Origin: Sphyrna mokarran
Taxonomy: Eukaryota
Assembly (NCBI GenBank): GCA_024679065.1
Contig: JAGIQG010000040.1
Location: forward strand, 3,410,001 to 3,474,000
Reading direction: 5' to 3'
DNA: 64,000 bases
In this document: piece after piece, positions 10,481 through 24,430 of the stretch
Layout of the letters: the number at the start of each line of letters is the position of its first letter
Position numbering within the stretch: position 1 is the first letter of the stretch
Made by a program: the position numbers and the translations under genes
Notes under the pieces: generated by a model
Seen by the model: only the letters and a program-made list of their open reading frames with translations
What the model was told of the DNA's origin: nothing
Database searches by the model: none

Positions 10481-12572
10481 ATGCACGGGCGAATATCTGG
10501 TGTAGTTTATGCCATTTATTATCCAATTCTTGCTGCCATTGGAGTTCCGGGTAAGTCGTGGTACTAAATCATTAACTTGACGCATCAATGATTTATGAAG
10601 TTAGCGCTGATTATGGTAACAAAGAACATGACATAATTCTTTCCAGATATCACCTAAAATGTATTTTATTCAAACTTAAGTTTTACTCATAAAGTCTCTG
10701 ACATATTCAATGCTCTATGGCTGTTATTGCCAGCATGTATATATTGAGACGAGGCTTTTCACATCTTTGTGACCTATATTTCCTGGGCATTCAGCGATAG
10801 AGTGTAACGTGAGAAAACTTTTCCTGTAATAAAATCTTTGGGCATGGTTCCAAAATCAGTCGGCACAACCTCCCAGTATTTACACTGTGAAGTCTCTTGA
10901 AAATTTCGTTTGTTTCAACGAGATCGCCTTCACTCTTCGAAACTCCAGTCCTTTTTTTTCACTTCTCTTTATGGAACAATGAGTATCATTGCTCAACAGA
11001 TTGGAAATGTATTTTCCAAGCAAGCGGGATTTTTGATGAAAACACATCTGATGCTCCTTAAGTTGCGTCAACTTGACATCATATTTACTGAAAATATTCC
11101 CGTGGAATCCTAACAAGAAAAACCGAATTCTTATTACATTATCACATTATACATTTTAACAACACAAATGTAACTAAAATGTTAACCGTATTTACAGACT
11201 ATTCTGCTCATCTGTTACATGGTCCAAAGATTGATTGCCGAATCTTACATGCAGCCCCGAGATCTTCAGCCTTTCGTTCCTAACCGTTGCAATTCCCACT
11301 TTGTACCAACACTGCCTTTCTTCCTTACCCTGCTTATTACATAGTTTCCCTGTGTGTATGATTGTCAAGTTATTCAGCATTTAACTTAATTTCGCCTCAT
11401 GTTGTTAGGAGTCAAATTTTGCTGCATTTCTTTTCTGTGAAGCGACATGAGACACCCTTAGCGCTAAATTTGCGACATAAATGAAGTCTTCCCTTGAGCT
11501 GTTTTTGAAACATAATTAACCTTGAAAAGCCTAGAATTGCTGTCTTCCATAACGCATATGAAACAGCAAATGTGTCACAAAAAGAAAAAAAAAACGCAAG
11601 ATGCATGTATGTGCTTGGAATTTGTTGAATAAATTTATAACTTTAATTTTGCTTTTGCCCTCAGTTAACTTGATGGCGATTGTGATTCTCTCCCGAGGAA
11701 AGTGTGGTCTCTCCAAATGCATCACTAGATATCTGGTTTCCATGGCAGTGACGGATCTCCTTGTCGTTGTCACCGCTGTCATATTCAACCGGATTATTGG
11801 CATTTATTTTCCAGTAAGTTTTATGTCGTTGACTCCAGCCTGTACTCTGAGTACTGTGATAATCTATGCAGCCACTGAGAGTTCTGTCTGGTTAACCGTC
11901 GTTTTCACCTTTGATCGTTATGTAGCCATTTGCTGCCAGAAATTGCAAGCAAACTATTGCACTGAGAAAACAGCATCAGCGGTGATTGGAATAGTCTGTT
12001 TGTTGAGTTGTTTAAAAAGCATTCCTTGGTATTTTATATATGAGCCGCTCTTTATAATGAACAATGTGCCATGGTTTTGTAATATAAAGTCAGGTTTCTA
12101 CACTTCCTTCTCATGGGCAGCCTATGACTGGTTTGCACGTATATTAAATCCCATTCTACCATTCCTTCTGATTTTGTTGTTTAATGCACTGACCGTCAGG
12201 CACATCCTGGCGGCTAGTAGATCCCGCCGTCGACTCCGGGCTCACAGCAGTGCAGATAATCAGAGTGATCCAGAAATGAAGAACAGGAAGAAATCCATTG
12301 TTTTACTTTTCGCCATCTCGGGAAGTTTCATTCTGTTGTGGATGACATATGTTGTGGATTTCCTCTATGTGAAAATTACAAATGAACCTTATTTCGGAGG
12401 ATCCAATTTCAATGACCCTAAATTCATTCGCCAAGAAAGTGGAAACATGCTGCAGCTGCTGAGCTGTTGCACTAACACGTGCATTTATGCGGTGACGCAG
12501 AGGAAATTCAGAGAAGAGTTGAAACACGCAGCAAAATATATTGGTAGTCTCATTGTAAGCATAGTAAAGTAG
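10481..12572 (+). CDS. GPR139/GPR142-like class A GPCR (copy 1), 325 aa; coding exons 10481-10550 and 11665-12572
   Basis: Exon 1 MHGRISGVVYAIYYPILAAIGVP with phase-1 GTAAGT, joined to VNLMAIVIL. Seven hydrophobic segments, FDRYVAIC, TM7 NTCIY. Likely non-coding exon donor at about 10362. Confidence 0.9.
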
Positions 12573-14499
12573 GAAATCCAAAAGGTTTGGTTTAAATTAC
12601 AAATCGAAATGTATCTTTTCATCACTGAATTTTTCACCTTGATACGTGGGGTGAAATTGGTCTTCGGCAGTTCTGTAACAAAACTACCACGTGTTTCCCT
12701 TTTATTCCACTGAAGTGTCAATTGAAGAAAGTTATATTACATGTAAAGAAATTAGGTGCTTTCTGGTCACCAGGCTGAGGTAACCAGTCCATTCCATTCT
12801 GTCTCCATTCTTCGTTAGACATTTCCTCTTAAGAAAATAAGAATCGGGAGACGAGAGGATACTCGTCTCCTCCAATCAGTGCATTCATCTAACATTTTAT
12901 GAGCCAATCTTCTTCATGAAATCTGCTCTGCCTCTTTATCCCTTAAACCACTCAGTGCACCAAAATTCATCAACATCAACTCTGAACATGTTTAACAATT
13001 GTATAATCACAGCTATCAAATTATGAAATCCAAAATTATCAACAATTTGAGAGCAGCTATTTCTCATCATATCAGCCCTTTTTCATTAATCTGAAACTCT
13101 CATTCTCCACACTATCTGAATGGGGAAATAGCTTCTGAGTATCCATGCCGTCTACTGCAAACGGGAGTTGAAGTATGTCACTGAGGTCTTCTCATGTTCT
13201 GAATCTCCAGACAATATACCTATACGATTCAATTTTCACCCCATCTCTCTCGCAGTTCCTGCCTCTGGACAGAAAAAGGGTAGTAATCTCGTAGGTTTAG
13301 AGGTCTTCAGAGGTCAGAAGTGAAGTGCTGAAATAAATCAGTGAAAAACATTATTTGACGATTTTCCCATGTATAAATTGTTGAGCTAGTTTAAATGCAG
13401 GTACTCAGTCTTTGAGAAAACGTTTCACATACTAAGGCAGTCAGGAAAAAAAATCAGTCCGTCATAAACCTCAGGATCTTCAAGGTTTCAATCAAGCTGG
13501 TTCTTAATCTTGTCAATTCTCACACATTGTCTGCATCTAATACACATCTGTTATATACTTGGAAATGTTAAATATGAGTGTATCCCAGAACCAAGAGGTG
13601 TAACTTGGAACACTGGTGCTTAGTGCTTTATATTTCTATTTGGTATCCATTAAGTACGATATATAAATCTGGGAGGAATAATCAAGTCTTGTTGTGATCA
13701 TTTAATAAAGAACATTTATTAACATAAAAAGAAAAACGTATGATAAGCAGGACGATAATAAACCAAAACAGTGCATGTAACTGCACTGATGGCTATAAAT
13801 ATGTACGATAACACGAAGTAACATCTTTTCCCCCAACGATCAACTTTTCCTGAAATCTGACATGCCCCTTATTGCCAAACAACAACCAATATTATAGAAC
13901 TCTATAAACATCTGGAGCGCACAAGTTCTATTTCCCTGAACATTGAAGTTACATCTCCCATATCTGATTGTATTCCCCCAAATCGTATATGTAAGCCCTT
14001 GCTTTTCAGACTGGCATTTTAGTTCACATATCAGTACCCACTTCTTTCAGCTGTCCTCATAAATTTCCTTTTTAAATTTATATTATCCAATTTTCTTTTT
14101 TTAAAATAGTTTTCTTTCTAATCTATTTCCCCCCCCAGTTCTTAACAAATCGTTTTTCCCTTCTGGTTTGTTCCCTGGCTCCTCGTGTTGAAAACCTTTG
14201 CAGCATTCCGAAGGATTTATCCTTTGGGGAGTGAAAAATACATGAAAGTAAAACAGAATGAATGTGCAGAGGAATTACGCTCCTGAATAGTGGACAAGCA
14301 GGAAACGAATGCAGATAGTCAACTGAGGACAACACTTGAATAATAAAGATAGAATTTGGCATGATCCAGGGCAAACTAACCTCCACATTGGAACCCTTTC
14401 TGTACATTGACATATATCAGCTCTCGTTAAAGCCTTTTGTCAAGCTGCATCATCTCAAATTTCAGCTGTCACCCGTTTACCGATTCTGCTACCTACGCC

Positions 14500-15350
14500 C
14501 GTCCATTTGCAGCTGAAGGGTACAATTCTCAATCTGTGACACATTTCGAAATGTTTAGAAATTTCAATCAATATGACAATAACACGGAACATATATAGTG
14601 CAGGACAGTGATGCTAGCACTGAACTTTGAGGGATCAACCATTGTTTGTCACCGAAAACTAGGTTGCTAAGGCAAATGGGGCAAAAATGAGATTGTCCGG
14701 ATCACGGGTTTGAGGAGAAAATAAGACCAGCGTGGGGGAGATTACAGACTGCATGTTACCGATGTACTTATGTACACGTATCACAACATGTCAGCATTGC
14801 AGATACGGTACATATTCAGAAAAATAAACAGAATATTCTGACTATACAGGGTGTTGGTGAAACCAGAGCTAAGCACAATTTTGTTGTCCTGATTTAAGAA
14901 TGTTTATACATGCATGGAAACGGTTCAGGGCGATTCATTACATTATTTCCGGAGAACAAGTGTTTGAATTATGACAAAATACTGAGTTGCAAGTGCCGAC
15001 ATACACGGGAGTATAGAACAGTAAGAGATGATCATTTGGAAGCATAACCTTTTTCAGCGGATTTGACAGCATGTGATGTGGAGATTGGAGAAAGGAGAAC
15101 TTGTGGCACAATTTCAAAATAAGGGGTCACCAACTTATCAGAGATGAGGAGGAATTTCTTCTCTCAGTCACTTTTTATGTGTCCTTCAACATATGGAAGG
15201 CTGATTTGGACATGTTTCTAATCTACAATGGAGATAATGATACAAGGGCGCAGGCAGCAAAGTAGATTTAAGTCTACAGTTAAATTAATTAGTGGAAAAG
15301 GCAGATTTTCAGATGGTTCTCAAAGCGCAATAGATTAACTACTGAATGAA
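14500..15350 (+). mobile_element. Old, highly decayed CR1 fragment
   Basis: Residual 3' similarity (gagatgaggaggaatttcttctctcag). Confidence 0.45.
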
Positions 15351-15835
15351 ATGAAACTCCACAGTTATTGGGAACGGTCTGGCTTGTGAATATCGGTAAA
15401 TTGCTATTGTAATCGCTCGCATGGAATGGAAGGGCTAAAAGCATGGATGTGCTGTAATGATTCTATGATTGTACTCCATGTGGAAGGCGGTGGGCGAAGT
15501 AGAAAATCTCAGCAGTAGTGATCATAGCATCAGAAATTGATGTTATCAATAGAAAAGTTTGCGGGGCAATATAAAATAAAAACTGAAGGAGAAATTGTGC
15601 CACCAAATTGAGGAGAAATATTGATCCAGTAAACTGCAGTCTAATGCCGCTAGGCACTAATGTATTGGATCAGTGGATTCTGATTAAGAGAAACATAGTT
15701 TTGTTACAGTTGCTAAGCAGGAGACCAAGCCGTTAGCAGGACTGAAGTCCAGCTGAGAGAACAACAGGGTGAAAATCGACAGGGAGAACTATAGAAAACG
15801 ATACAAAAAAGAACAGAAACAGAACGAGGGACAAC

Positions 15836-15937
15836 ACATGCACGCGTGCACAGAACACACACACACACACACCCATAAACACACGCGTGCGCGCAATACA
15901 CACACACATTCACATGCGCACGCGCGCGTACATACAC

Positions 15938-15968
<31 letters not shown>

Positions 15969-16015
15969 TATACACACATACACACACACTCAAACACATG
16001 GACAAACGCACACAC
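15836..16015. repeat. (CA)n-type microsatellite
   Basis: Direct inspection. Confidence 0.95.
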
Positions 16016-16410
16016 AATAATCCAGCTCAGTTTCTGTTCAATGCCAATCCAGAGGATGGTAATATTCGGAGATAATTAATACCATTGCATGTCAATGGGA
16101 GATGAGTCCGAGTGCAATGCGTCTGATGGGGGCGATGAAAACGGGACTGTGAGAAAAGAAAACTGAGAATGAGGGAGGGAGCATGGGAGGAAGAATGACA
16201 AATATAGCAGTCAGGCATACGGGAACAACATGAAGAGATTTGCCGAAAGAGTCTGTGCAGATGGAAAAAAGCCTAACCGACAAGATACTGAACCAGATAC
16301 AAACAATTTAACTGGTCAGTGTGTCTAATAGAACGTACATCACATTGCTGCGGCAGTTGCAAAATATCACAGCTTATGTGGGTTCGAATGTCATATTAGA
16401 AAGAAGGAGC

Positions 16411-16450
16411 ACTTTTTGTACGGGATCCAAACTGACCTGGTAACACTGTG
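16411..16450 (-). other. RSS with 24-bp spacer
   Basis: CACAGTG (16450-16444) + 24 bp + ACAAAAAGT (16419-16411). Confidence 0.85.
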
Positions 16451-16803
16451 TGTCGTAGTACACAGTAATAGACTGCACTGTCAGAGAACTGCGCATAGTG
16501 AATGGTTAAATGAACAGTTCTTGCTGTATTATCTAAAGTAGCATAAATCAGCCGCTTCCCAAAGGCAGTCACATTTTTTCCAGTACTCGTTTTTTCTAAT
16601 AGATATTGAGGGTGTTGTTCTGGGTGCTGAATGTACCAGAAGAAAACAGGAGAAGTATGTGACGTCGAATAATTGCAGCTTAACTTCACACTGTCTCCGT
16701 AACTCACTCTGATACTCGGTGGATCCTGAAACACTGCCTCCATTCCCTCACTGGCCTGAATAAGAAGGATGAATATCGATGTCAAACAGAGAAAACGCTG
16801 CAT
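16451..16803 (-). CDS. TCR alpha/delta-type V segment with leader and V in one exon
   Basis: MQRFLCLTSIFILLIQASEG continuous with MEAVFQDP...LSCNY...FWYIQ...DSAVYYCVLR, then RSS. Confidence 0.88.
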
Positions 16804-16857
16804 GATATCACAATACAGAACACAACAGCAACACAGATTCAGATCCTTAGTAATAGG

Positions 16858-16875
16858 TTTATAAATCATGCGTCA
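16858..16875 (-). promoter_or_regulatory. Putative V promoter (TATA-like and CRE-like)
   Basis: TTTATAAA at 16858-16865 and TGACGCA (minus) at 16875-16869, 55-72 bp upstream of the ATG. Confidence 0.5.
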
Positions 16876-19621
16876 CTCCACTCCATCTCAACAGTGAAGC
16901 TAAATGAGCCAAAACCTGAAATGTGAACTTGAATGTATATCTATGCGACCGATGAGGGGAAATGACAACTTAGATGACGGAACGAAAGGTTTTCTGACAG
17001 ATATCACTTTCCATCAGCCCTCCAATCGAAATCACGAAAATCGATGACCTGGTCATCAGTTTGTTCTTTGTGGAATTTGATGCGCGCCAATTAACTGCCA
17101 TGTTTCCTATATTAAAACAGCGATGAAAATTCAAAGACTTTTTTGGCTGTAAAGCGCTTTGTGAAGTCCTGATGTCATGAACGGCGGTATGTAAATGGAA
17201 GTCTTTCTTTATTGTCCTTGAGGAATAGAGTGCGAATCAGAATTATCTGAGGAATTGCAAGCATTTACTCTGAGTGCAGTTTTAACCGTTTCCATCAAAC
17301 TCAATATCAGGAGTTTCTTTCTCAGTATCTTTCCGATTTTGTATATCTTGATGTCATCCCATAGCTCTTCACCTCGACAACCCTTATTGCGTCCTTCACC
17401 ATGTCTCTGTATGGGAAGGCAGGTGGTGGAAGAAATATGCAGACAAATTATACAATAATAAGAATGGAGATTTTTATTGTCTCGTATTAATTCCATGCAA
17501 GAAGTCGGTAAAGGCGGTAATCGAATAGCTTCCTGCGATTCGTTTCAGATGCTTCTATGATCAGGAATGTTGGGAAAAAAAACACCAACATGGGAAGATT
17601 TCATATTGTATCTTGTAGTCGGGAAGAAAGCAGATGAGATTAGAGAAGTAACTGGAGGGAACATCCAGCAATACAGCTCATACTTACTAATTAAGAGGTT
17701 CGAGATGAGTAAATGTTTGATGGAAAACAACTAATCACTTGATTCAGTGAGAGGCATACTGAATGGTACGCAGTGAACCGGTATGTTTGAGTGATTCAGG
17801 AAGATGATTCAATCTATTCAATAAAGAAAATTCAATAAAGAAACTCTCAGGAATATTTGAGCTACATTGCTGGAAGTAAGTTTACCAAAGCTGTTCCAAA
17901 TTATGTTTGCATAAGACATATGGAGGTTAGGGGATGCAGTTGATGGAACGATCAAGAATTGTCTTTGAATCCGTACGGTGCAGACGGAGGCAATCAGACT
18001 CTTCGAGTTTGCAGTGACTCTCTGGGAGACTATATTTTCCAGATACGTTTCCCTACTCTATCACCGTAACCCCACTGATTTGTCCTGTCTATTTATTCTA
18101 ATCCACAAATTTCTGAGCAAATTGGCATGCTCAGTGTACCTGCCTTGCGCATCATTGGGCTGTCGGAGGAAAGGGACTCCCTGCACTGACACTGAGAGCA
18201 TCTACAAACTCGATGTAGCCTGAAACTGAACCCGGATATCTGGAACAATGAGGCAGCAGTGCTCATCACTATGACACCATTGTACCACTTAATGGCAGCC
18301 AAGCACGCACGAAGGGTTCAATGACCCATCGCATGATCTGCAATTGTTGTGGATTTACAGAATGTCCTTGGTGGTTTACACATTTCCTCGTGCGGATGAG
18401 AGCAGTGAAGATAAGGTGGTACTGCTCCTGTGGATGAATGCCAATGAAATTCGAAATTCAGCCATGATCTGGTCCACTACTTTTGCCTTCTTTGCCTGGG
18501 TACAGACAGCAAGCTCTCCAACTTGTATTCCATTCGGTGTCCCTGTTGGGCGAATTGTTCCTCTTTGGAAACGGGATGTCAAGGGAAAAAAAACCTTCAT
18601 TTTGTTATTGGAACGAAGAAGCAAGGAGTGTTGATGGAACTGGTGGATTTCCAATCAATGATCTGTGGACATTCTCTTAACTTTAGCATACGTGCATTAG
18701 TGCCTGAGACTCCAGTGAGAGTCCAGAGAACGATAGAGGCTGTGGGCCAGAGAATAATTTAAAAGTTGAGTGAAGCCAACATTTTAACTTGAACTTATGC
18801 TACGGTTCAAGAAGATCAAGGTAGAAAAGTGGGTTTAAACAGAAGATGAACTGTAATCTGACTGAAAGATAGAACAGATTTGCAGACAGCCTAATTTTTA
18901 TGTTCGAATGTTCAAATATCATTGGTGGGCTGCGAGATACTTTGCAATCTTCGTTGTTTTGCTAAAGGAACAGGGATTTCGATCAGGGAGTTCTAGTTGT
19001 CTGTTTATTGTTCCTGAGATAATGTAAAACTTGTGCTGTGGATGCTGTACTGAAATATGACCATGCCTGAAATCAGTAGGATCAAACTGTTATAGTGCAA
19101 CTGATTATGACATTGCGTTTGCTTCAAATGTCCGCTCAGGAAAAAAAGGTGAACTTTGTAGTTGTGGCACCATCCTGATGTAATACACTGGAAAGAGTCA
19201 AATTCAAAAATTTCCACTTATTCTTCTTAATCAATATCGACATGAGGTCTCTGGACAAATAGTTCACAGACTCAGAATGATGTTTTGGTAAAAGTAGTTC
19301 AATCCCACCATATGAACTGGTTACATTTAAATTCGATTTTGGATACAAAAAGTTAAAACGCTGCCCCAGCAGCTGGTTAAATTTAAATGCGATTAATTTA
19401 ATTTAAATGCACTGATGGTGCGCGAACGCTGTCACTGCAAATCCACTTGCACTCTGCAGAAGGAAATCTGCTTTCATAGCCTGGCCTGGTCTGTATGTGA
19501 CAAGAATATATTAACTCTCAAATAGCCTAGCCGGTTTCGAAGATAATTAGTGATCGACAAAATCTTGGTCTTGTGATCGACACTCATTTAATACTTCTTT
19601 AAACTGTAGTCATCATTTAAC

Positions 19622-20235
19622 TAATAGAACATTACAGCTCAGAACAGGCCCTTCGGCCTTCGATGTTGCGCCGACAATTATAAAAAGCAATGACCCTCCA
19701 AACTAAACCATTCCCTTCTCTTCCATAAACTTATCAACTAACCTCTTAAACGCCACTAAACTTGGCGCATCTACAACTGCCGCAGGCAGGGCATTCCACT
19801 CCCTAACCACCCTCTGGGTAAAGAACCTACCTCTGATATCCGTCCTATAACTATCACCCCTTAATTTAAAGCTGTGTCCCCTCGTGCTAGCTTTCTCCAT
19901 CCTAGGAAAAAGGCTATCACTGTCCACCCTATCTAAACCTCTAATCATCTTATATGTTTCGATAAGGTCTCCTCTTAGCCGCCTCCTTTCTAACGAAAAC
20001 AACCTCAAATCCCTCAGCCTCTCTTCATAAGACCTGCCCTCCATACCAGGCAACATCCTGGTAAACCTCCTCTGTACCCTCTCCAATGCCTCCACATCTT
20101 TCTTATAATGTGGGGACCAGAACTGCACACAATACTCCAAGTGCGGCCGCACTAGAGTTTTGTACAGTTGCAACATGACGTTGCGGCTCCGAAATTCAAT
20201 CCCCCTACCAATAAAAGCTAAGACTCCATATGCCT
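19622..20235 (-). mobile_element. Young CR1 3' fragment
   Basis: 157-aa ORF differing by one residue from the 62138 ORF; gttctat tail; candidate TSD ctaatag. Confidence 0.95.
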
Positions 20236-20494
20236 AATAGTAATATCTAAATTACAGCAATGAGGAGAATAACATTTTTTCAACTTCTGATTGGGAAGGA
20301 AACGCAAGTGAAAAAAGTGATCTATTGACGAGGAGAAGTCCGCTTTTACTTCCTTCTCCCGAGTCTGTAACGCTGCAGTTCAGGAGTTATTCTCCTGCAG
20401 CGGAAATACGGATTCAGACCCCATAATGACCGTAGATCCTCCCGCATTTCTGATACAGCCATGTCAAACAAGCAAATCGGCAGAACTCTCTTCA

Positions 20495-21093
20495 TAGAGT
20501 CTCTACAGTGCAGGAGAAGTCCATTCGGCCAATGAAGCCTGCAGCGACAACAATCCCACCAAGGCCCTTTCCCGTAACCTTACGTGTCTCCTAATCACCC
20601 TAACACTAAGGGACAATTTCGCAAGACTAATCCACCTAACCTGCACATTTTTGGACGAAACCGGAGAAAAAGCACGGGTACAACGTGAAAACGCCACACG
20701 GACAAAGAACAAAGAACAAAACCAGCACGGGAAACAGGCCCTTCAGCCCAACAAGCCCGTGCCGCCACCTCGATGCTCCCTCTTCTACCCGTGATCCCTG
20801 TCTATGTTTATAGATCTATGGATTGAAACCAAATTTGAGACAATTTAGGGAGAATTTGTTCTGCCAATTAGTCTAAGAGTTTGGGATGTGGGAGGAAACC
20901 GGAGCACCCGGAGAAAACCCACGCAAGCACGGGGAGAATGCGCAAACTCCCACAGACACAGGCGCAAATCCATGTATCTGCACAGCACAGCGATAGTCAC
21001 TGAACTGTTGTGTTGCCCATCAAATGGCCCAGGTCAAGCGTACACTAACGACGTGAAGCACCAGGATACTCTCGAAAAAATTCCAAGAGCAGC
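20495..21093 (-). mobile_element. Two adjacent HE1/V-SINE-type copies
   Basis: ctaatccacctaacctgcaca and gtgggaggaaaccggagcacccgg cores. Confidence 0.75.
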
Positions 21094-21937
21094 AAGGCGC
21101 TGTCAAAGCAGGCTTGACGGATGAATACAACCAAAATTTCAAGTACCTATATTAACTTCTAGTGGAAGTTTGCGAATTTGTTGGTTAACCAATAAGGAAC
21201 TGTAAGCACGGTTATTTTTAAGGAAATTTGTTTATTGATGAGAAAGGTTGTGCAAACATTGTTATCCAGACGGCCCAGTGACATTGGAATACATTGATCC
21301 ATACTGCTCACTTTTTAAGCCTCTTGTTTCATTCACCTCCTCCTCTTCCATTTACCATGTCCTTAGAGGGCATTGGTGACCATAGAAATTCATTAAATCA
21401 TTATTTGATTGTTTATTCCAAAGTACTCCAACAGATTGTCATTGACCTCTGCAGTATTGTTGACCAGGAATTTGTTCCGTTCCCACACATGCCATCTGCA
21501 ATACTGAAAGGGTTTACAGGCTGATAATCAACATGTTCGACCACATTAAGAACGTGCCTATCAAGTTTGGAAGTTTGTGTTCTGTTGGCGGGTTTGTTCA
21601 CAGATCTCTGAAATCGGGAGGGCATGTTAGTCGCGTGGATGAAAAAGGCATATGGGACACTTGCCATTACCAATAGAGACACAAATTTCAAAACAAGAGA
21701 ACTCATGTTGGAGTTGTGTAGAGCATTGCTGAAGCCACAGCTAGCGTATTCTGGTCTAGAGATAAGGATGCAACCATTGCAGCAGAAACCTTCTGCTGTG
21801 CCATTACGACATATCCAGGCTCTTGCCCTCAACACATCACGACCCACGAATATTTCCTCTACTACATTGCTGGCAGCTAGAACAACGAACGAACTGAGGC
21901 TCTGTAGATTTTGGTTAAATATGAATTAATTCTTGGA

Positions 21938-21951
21938 GCGCCATCTAGTGG
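21938..21951 (-). promoter_or_regulatory. Consensus CTCF-binding motif
   Basis: Minus strand CCACTAGATGGCGC matches the CTCF core consensus. Confidence 0.6.
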
Positions 21952-22417
21952 AACATTTTCTGTAAAATAACGATTATCAGTTTATTCTCCAGCATTACTG
22001 TGCAACATCGTTGGATTAGCATTATAGACGTTTATTAAGTGTTCTATTGCTTTGATTATTTTAATGGCTGATTCCTTTTTCTTTTGCTTTTCAATTTTTT
22101 CCTAGATTTTGTGATATTCTCGCATTTAACGTCATATGGTTCTAAACTAGCAAAAACAGAAAATGCTGGAAAATAACAGCAGGCCTGGCAGCTTCTGTGG
22201 ACAGGGAATAGAGCCAACGTTTTATGTCTGGATGACTCCGTTCGAAATTTGCCAGGCGAATTCTTTTTAATTCTGAAGTGCAAGATAAGCTGAAATATGA
22301 GGTTGAATGTTCTTGTGTTAAGCGACATGGGGTCTCAATCCAACCATGAGAACTTGCAGCAACACAGTAGTGTTGAACATTGTAGTGAAGCCAATTGGCA
22401 GTGCTGTACTATTGCTT

Positions 22418-22491
22418 GTTTCTATGGTGTAAGTGGTTATTATGTTCGCCTAACACGTGATAGGATCCCGGTTTGAAACGCGGCAGAAACA
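22418..22491 (+). tRNA. tRNA-Val(AAC) gene, degenerate, probably pseudogene
   Basis: gtttctatggtgtaagtggttattatgttcgcctAACacgtgataggatcccggtttgaaacgcggcagaaaca aligns to vertebrate tRNA-Val with stem and B-box mismatches. Confidence 0.75.
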
Positions 22492-22869
22492 ATTGTTAAG
22501 CTTTCTTATGTAGGATGAAGGAAATCAGCATGATTTCAAGTCGTTGCTGAATGTTGTTTGAATCTCGATGTTACAGCCTCACTACCTTTGCTCTGACCTC
22601 GGCCTCAAATGCTTTCTCTTAAATAAGAATTGCTGAGTTTCTTGACGACCTGACAGGAAAGAAACATTTATATTTTGACAACGTGCACATATTAGCATTT
22701 GGTTCAGCCTACAACAAAATTTAATGGATTTATAGGTACGGATTAGCATAGTTAATCAATATCTGAAACATGTACAACAGTAGTAGACAGACACAATTTA
22801 TACTGTAACTGCACGAGAGGAAATGGCGCACATTTCCAAGAAGAGTTTATAAAATATTGTCCTTCATAA

Positions 22870-24430
22870 CAAAGAAAGAGGAAGGATGTGTGGACCCGTT
22901 AGAACAAATCACAATTACAAGGGAGGAAGTGTTTGGTATTTTAGGAAGCATTAAGGTAGACAAATTCCCAGGGCCAGATGGCATCTGCCCTAGATTACTG
23001 AGGGAAATACACGGCAGTATCCGTCAGAAGAGCTCCTGTGAGATATAAAGGGGTTGTTTTGTTTCCCTTCTGCAAATCTGCAGGGAACCTCTAACAGACA
23101 TCTATGTTTCTTCATTGAATATAGGTGAGGTCCCAGAGGACTGGAAGATAGCAAGTGTAGTCCTGTTATTTAAGAAAAGTAGCAAGGATAACCCGGGTCG
23201 TTATAGGTCAGTGAGCTTGACGTCCGTGGTAGGGAAATTGTTGGAGAAGATTTTGAGAGATAGGATCTATATGCATTTAAAACAGAATAGTACCACTAGC
23301 GATAGACAAAATGGTTTTGTATGAAAGAGGTCATGCCTCCCAAATTTGGTTGAGTTTTTTGAGGAGGTGACAAAAATGATTGACGAGGGAAGAGCCATGG
23401 ATGTTGTCTACATGGATTATGATAAGCTCCCTCATGGCAGGTTGGTGCAAAAGGTTAAATCACGGGATCAAACGTGAACTAGCTAGATGGATTCAGAGCT
23501 GGCTTGGCCATAGAAGACAGAGAGTAACAGTAGAGGACTTTTTTTCCGATTGGAGGTCTGTGACTATCTATAATAGAAAGAAGATGTAGCTGGTCTAATT
23601 ATTAAGTTTGTGGACGACAGAAACGTTGCTGGAGTTGCGGATAATGATGCACATTGTCAGAGAGTACAGCAAAATAGAGATGGGCTTGAAAATTGGGTGA
23701 AGAAATGGCAGATGGAATTTAATCCAGATAAATGCGGATCGGTGCATTTTGATCTAATGCAGCGGGAGCTATACAATAAATGGCAGAACCATCAGGAGTA
23801 TAGACAGACAGAGGGATCTGGCTGTGCAAGTCCACAGATCCTTAAAGGTGGCAACACAGGTGGAAAATGTGGTGAAGAAGGCGTATGGCATGCTTGTCCT
23901 TATTGGACCGGACATAGAGTATAAAAGTTGACATATGATGTTGCAGTTATATCGAACGTTGGTTGGGCCACACTTGGAATACTGCGTCCAGTTCTGGTGG
24001 CCACCCTACCAGAAGGATGTGGACGCTTTGGACAGAGTGCAGAAAAGGTTTACCAGGATATTGCTTGGTATGGGAGGTCATAGCTATGAGGTGAGTTTGA
24101 GCAAACTAGGCTTGTTCTCCCTGGAAACATAAGGTTGAGGGGCGACCTAATAGAAAGTTTCTAAATTTATGAAGGGCATAGACAGGGTGAACAGTTAGAA
24201 GTGTTTTCCCAGGTCAGAAATGACAAAGACAAAGGGCCACATTTTCAAGGTAAGGGGCGAGGGGACAAGGTTCAATACACATATGCGTGGGACTATCATT
24301 TAAGACTTAGCTACGTAGTCACATGAACAGACTGGAAATAAAGCAATACAAGCAGATAGTCTCGTTCGGAACACATGATCGGTACAGGTTTGGAGGGCCG
24401 AAGGGCCTGTTCCTGTGCTGTATTGTTTTT
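22870..24430 (+). mobile_element. CR1 ORF2 fragment, decayed
   Basis: KFPGPDGICPR, YRSVSLTSVVGKLLE and PHLEYCVQFW pieces plus CR1 tail. Confidence 0.9.

Noticed and set aside
11601-11664. ORF-track N-termini of the GPCRs (also 30013-30058 and 53685-53739)
   Set aside because: These are intron read-through; homologous true first exons with phase-1 donors lie upstream.
13660-14430. Possible env end, polypurine tract and LTR on minus
   Set aside because: Only a G-run and AATAAA; no second LTR or recognisable coding motif.
15713-16075. His/Thr- and Cys/Val-rich ORFs here and at 32.1, 34.6, 39.6, 40.4 and 59.7 kb
   Set aside because: Translations of microsatellites and low-complexity DNA.
18340-18760. 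Possible Penelope RT remnant
   Set aside because: Too decayed to assign by eye.
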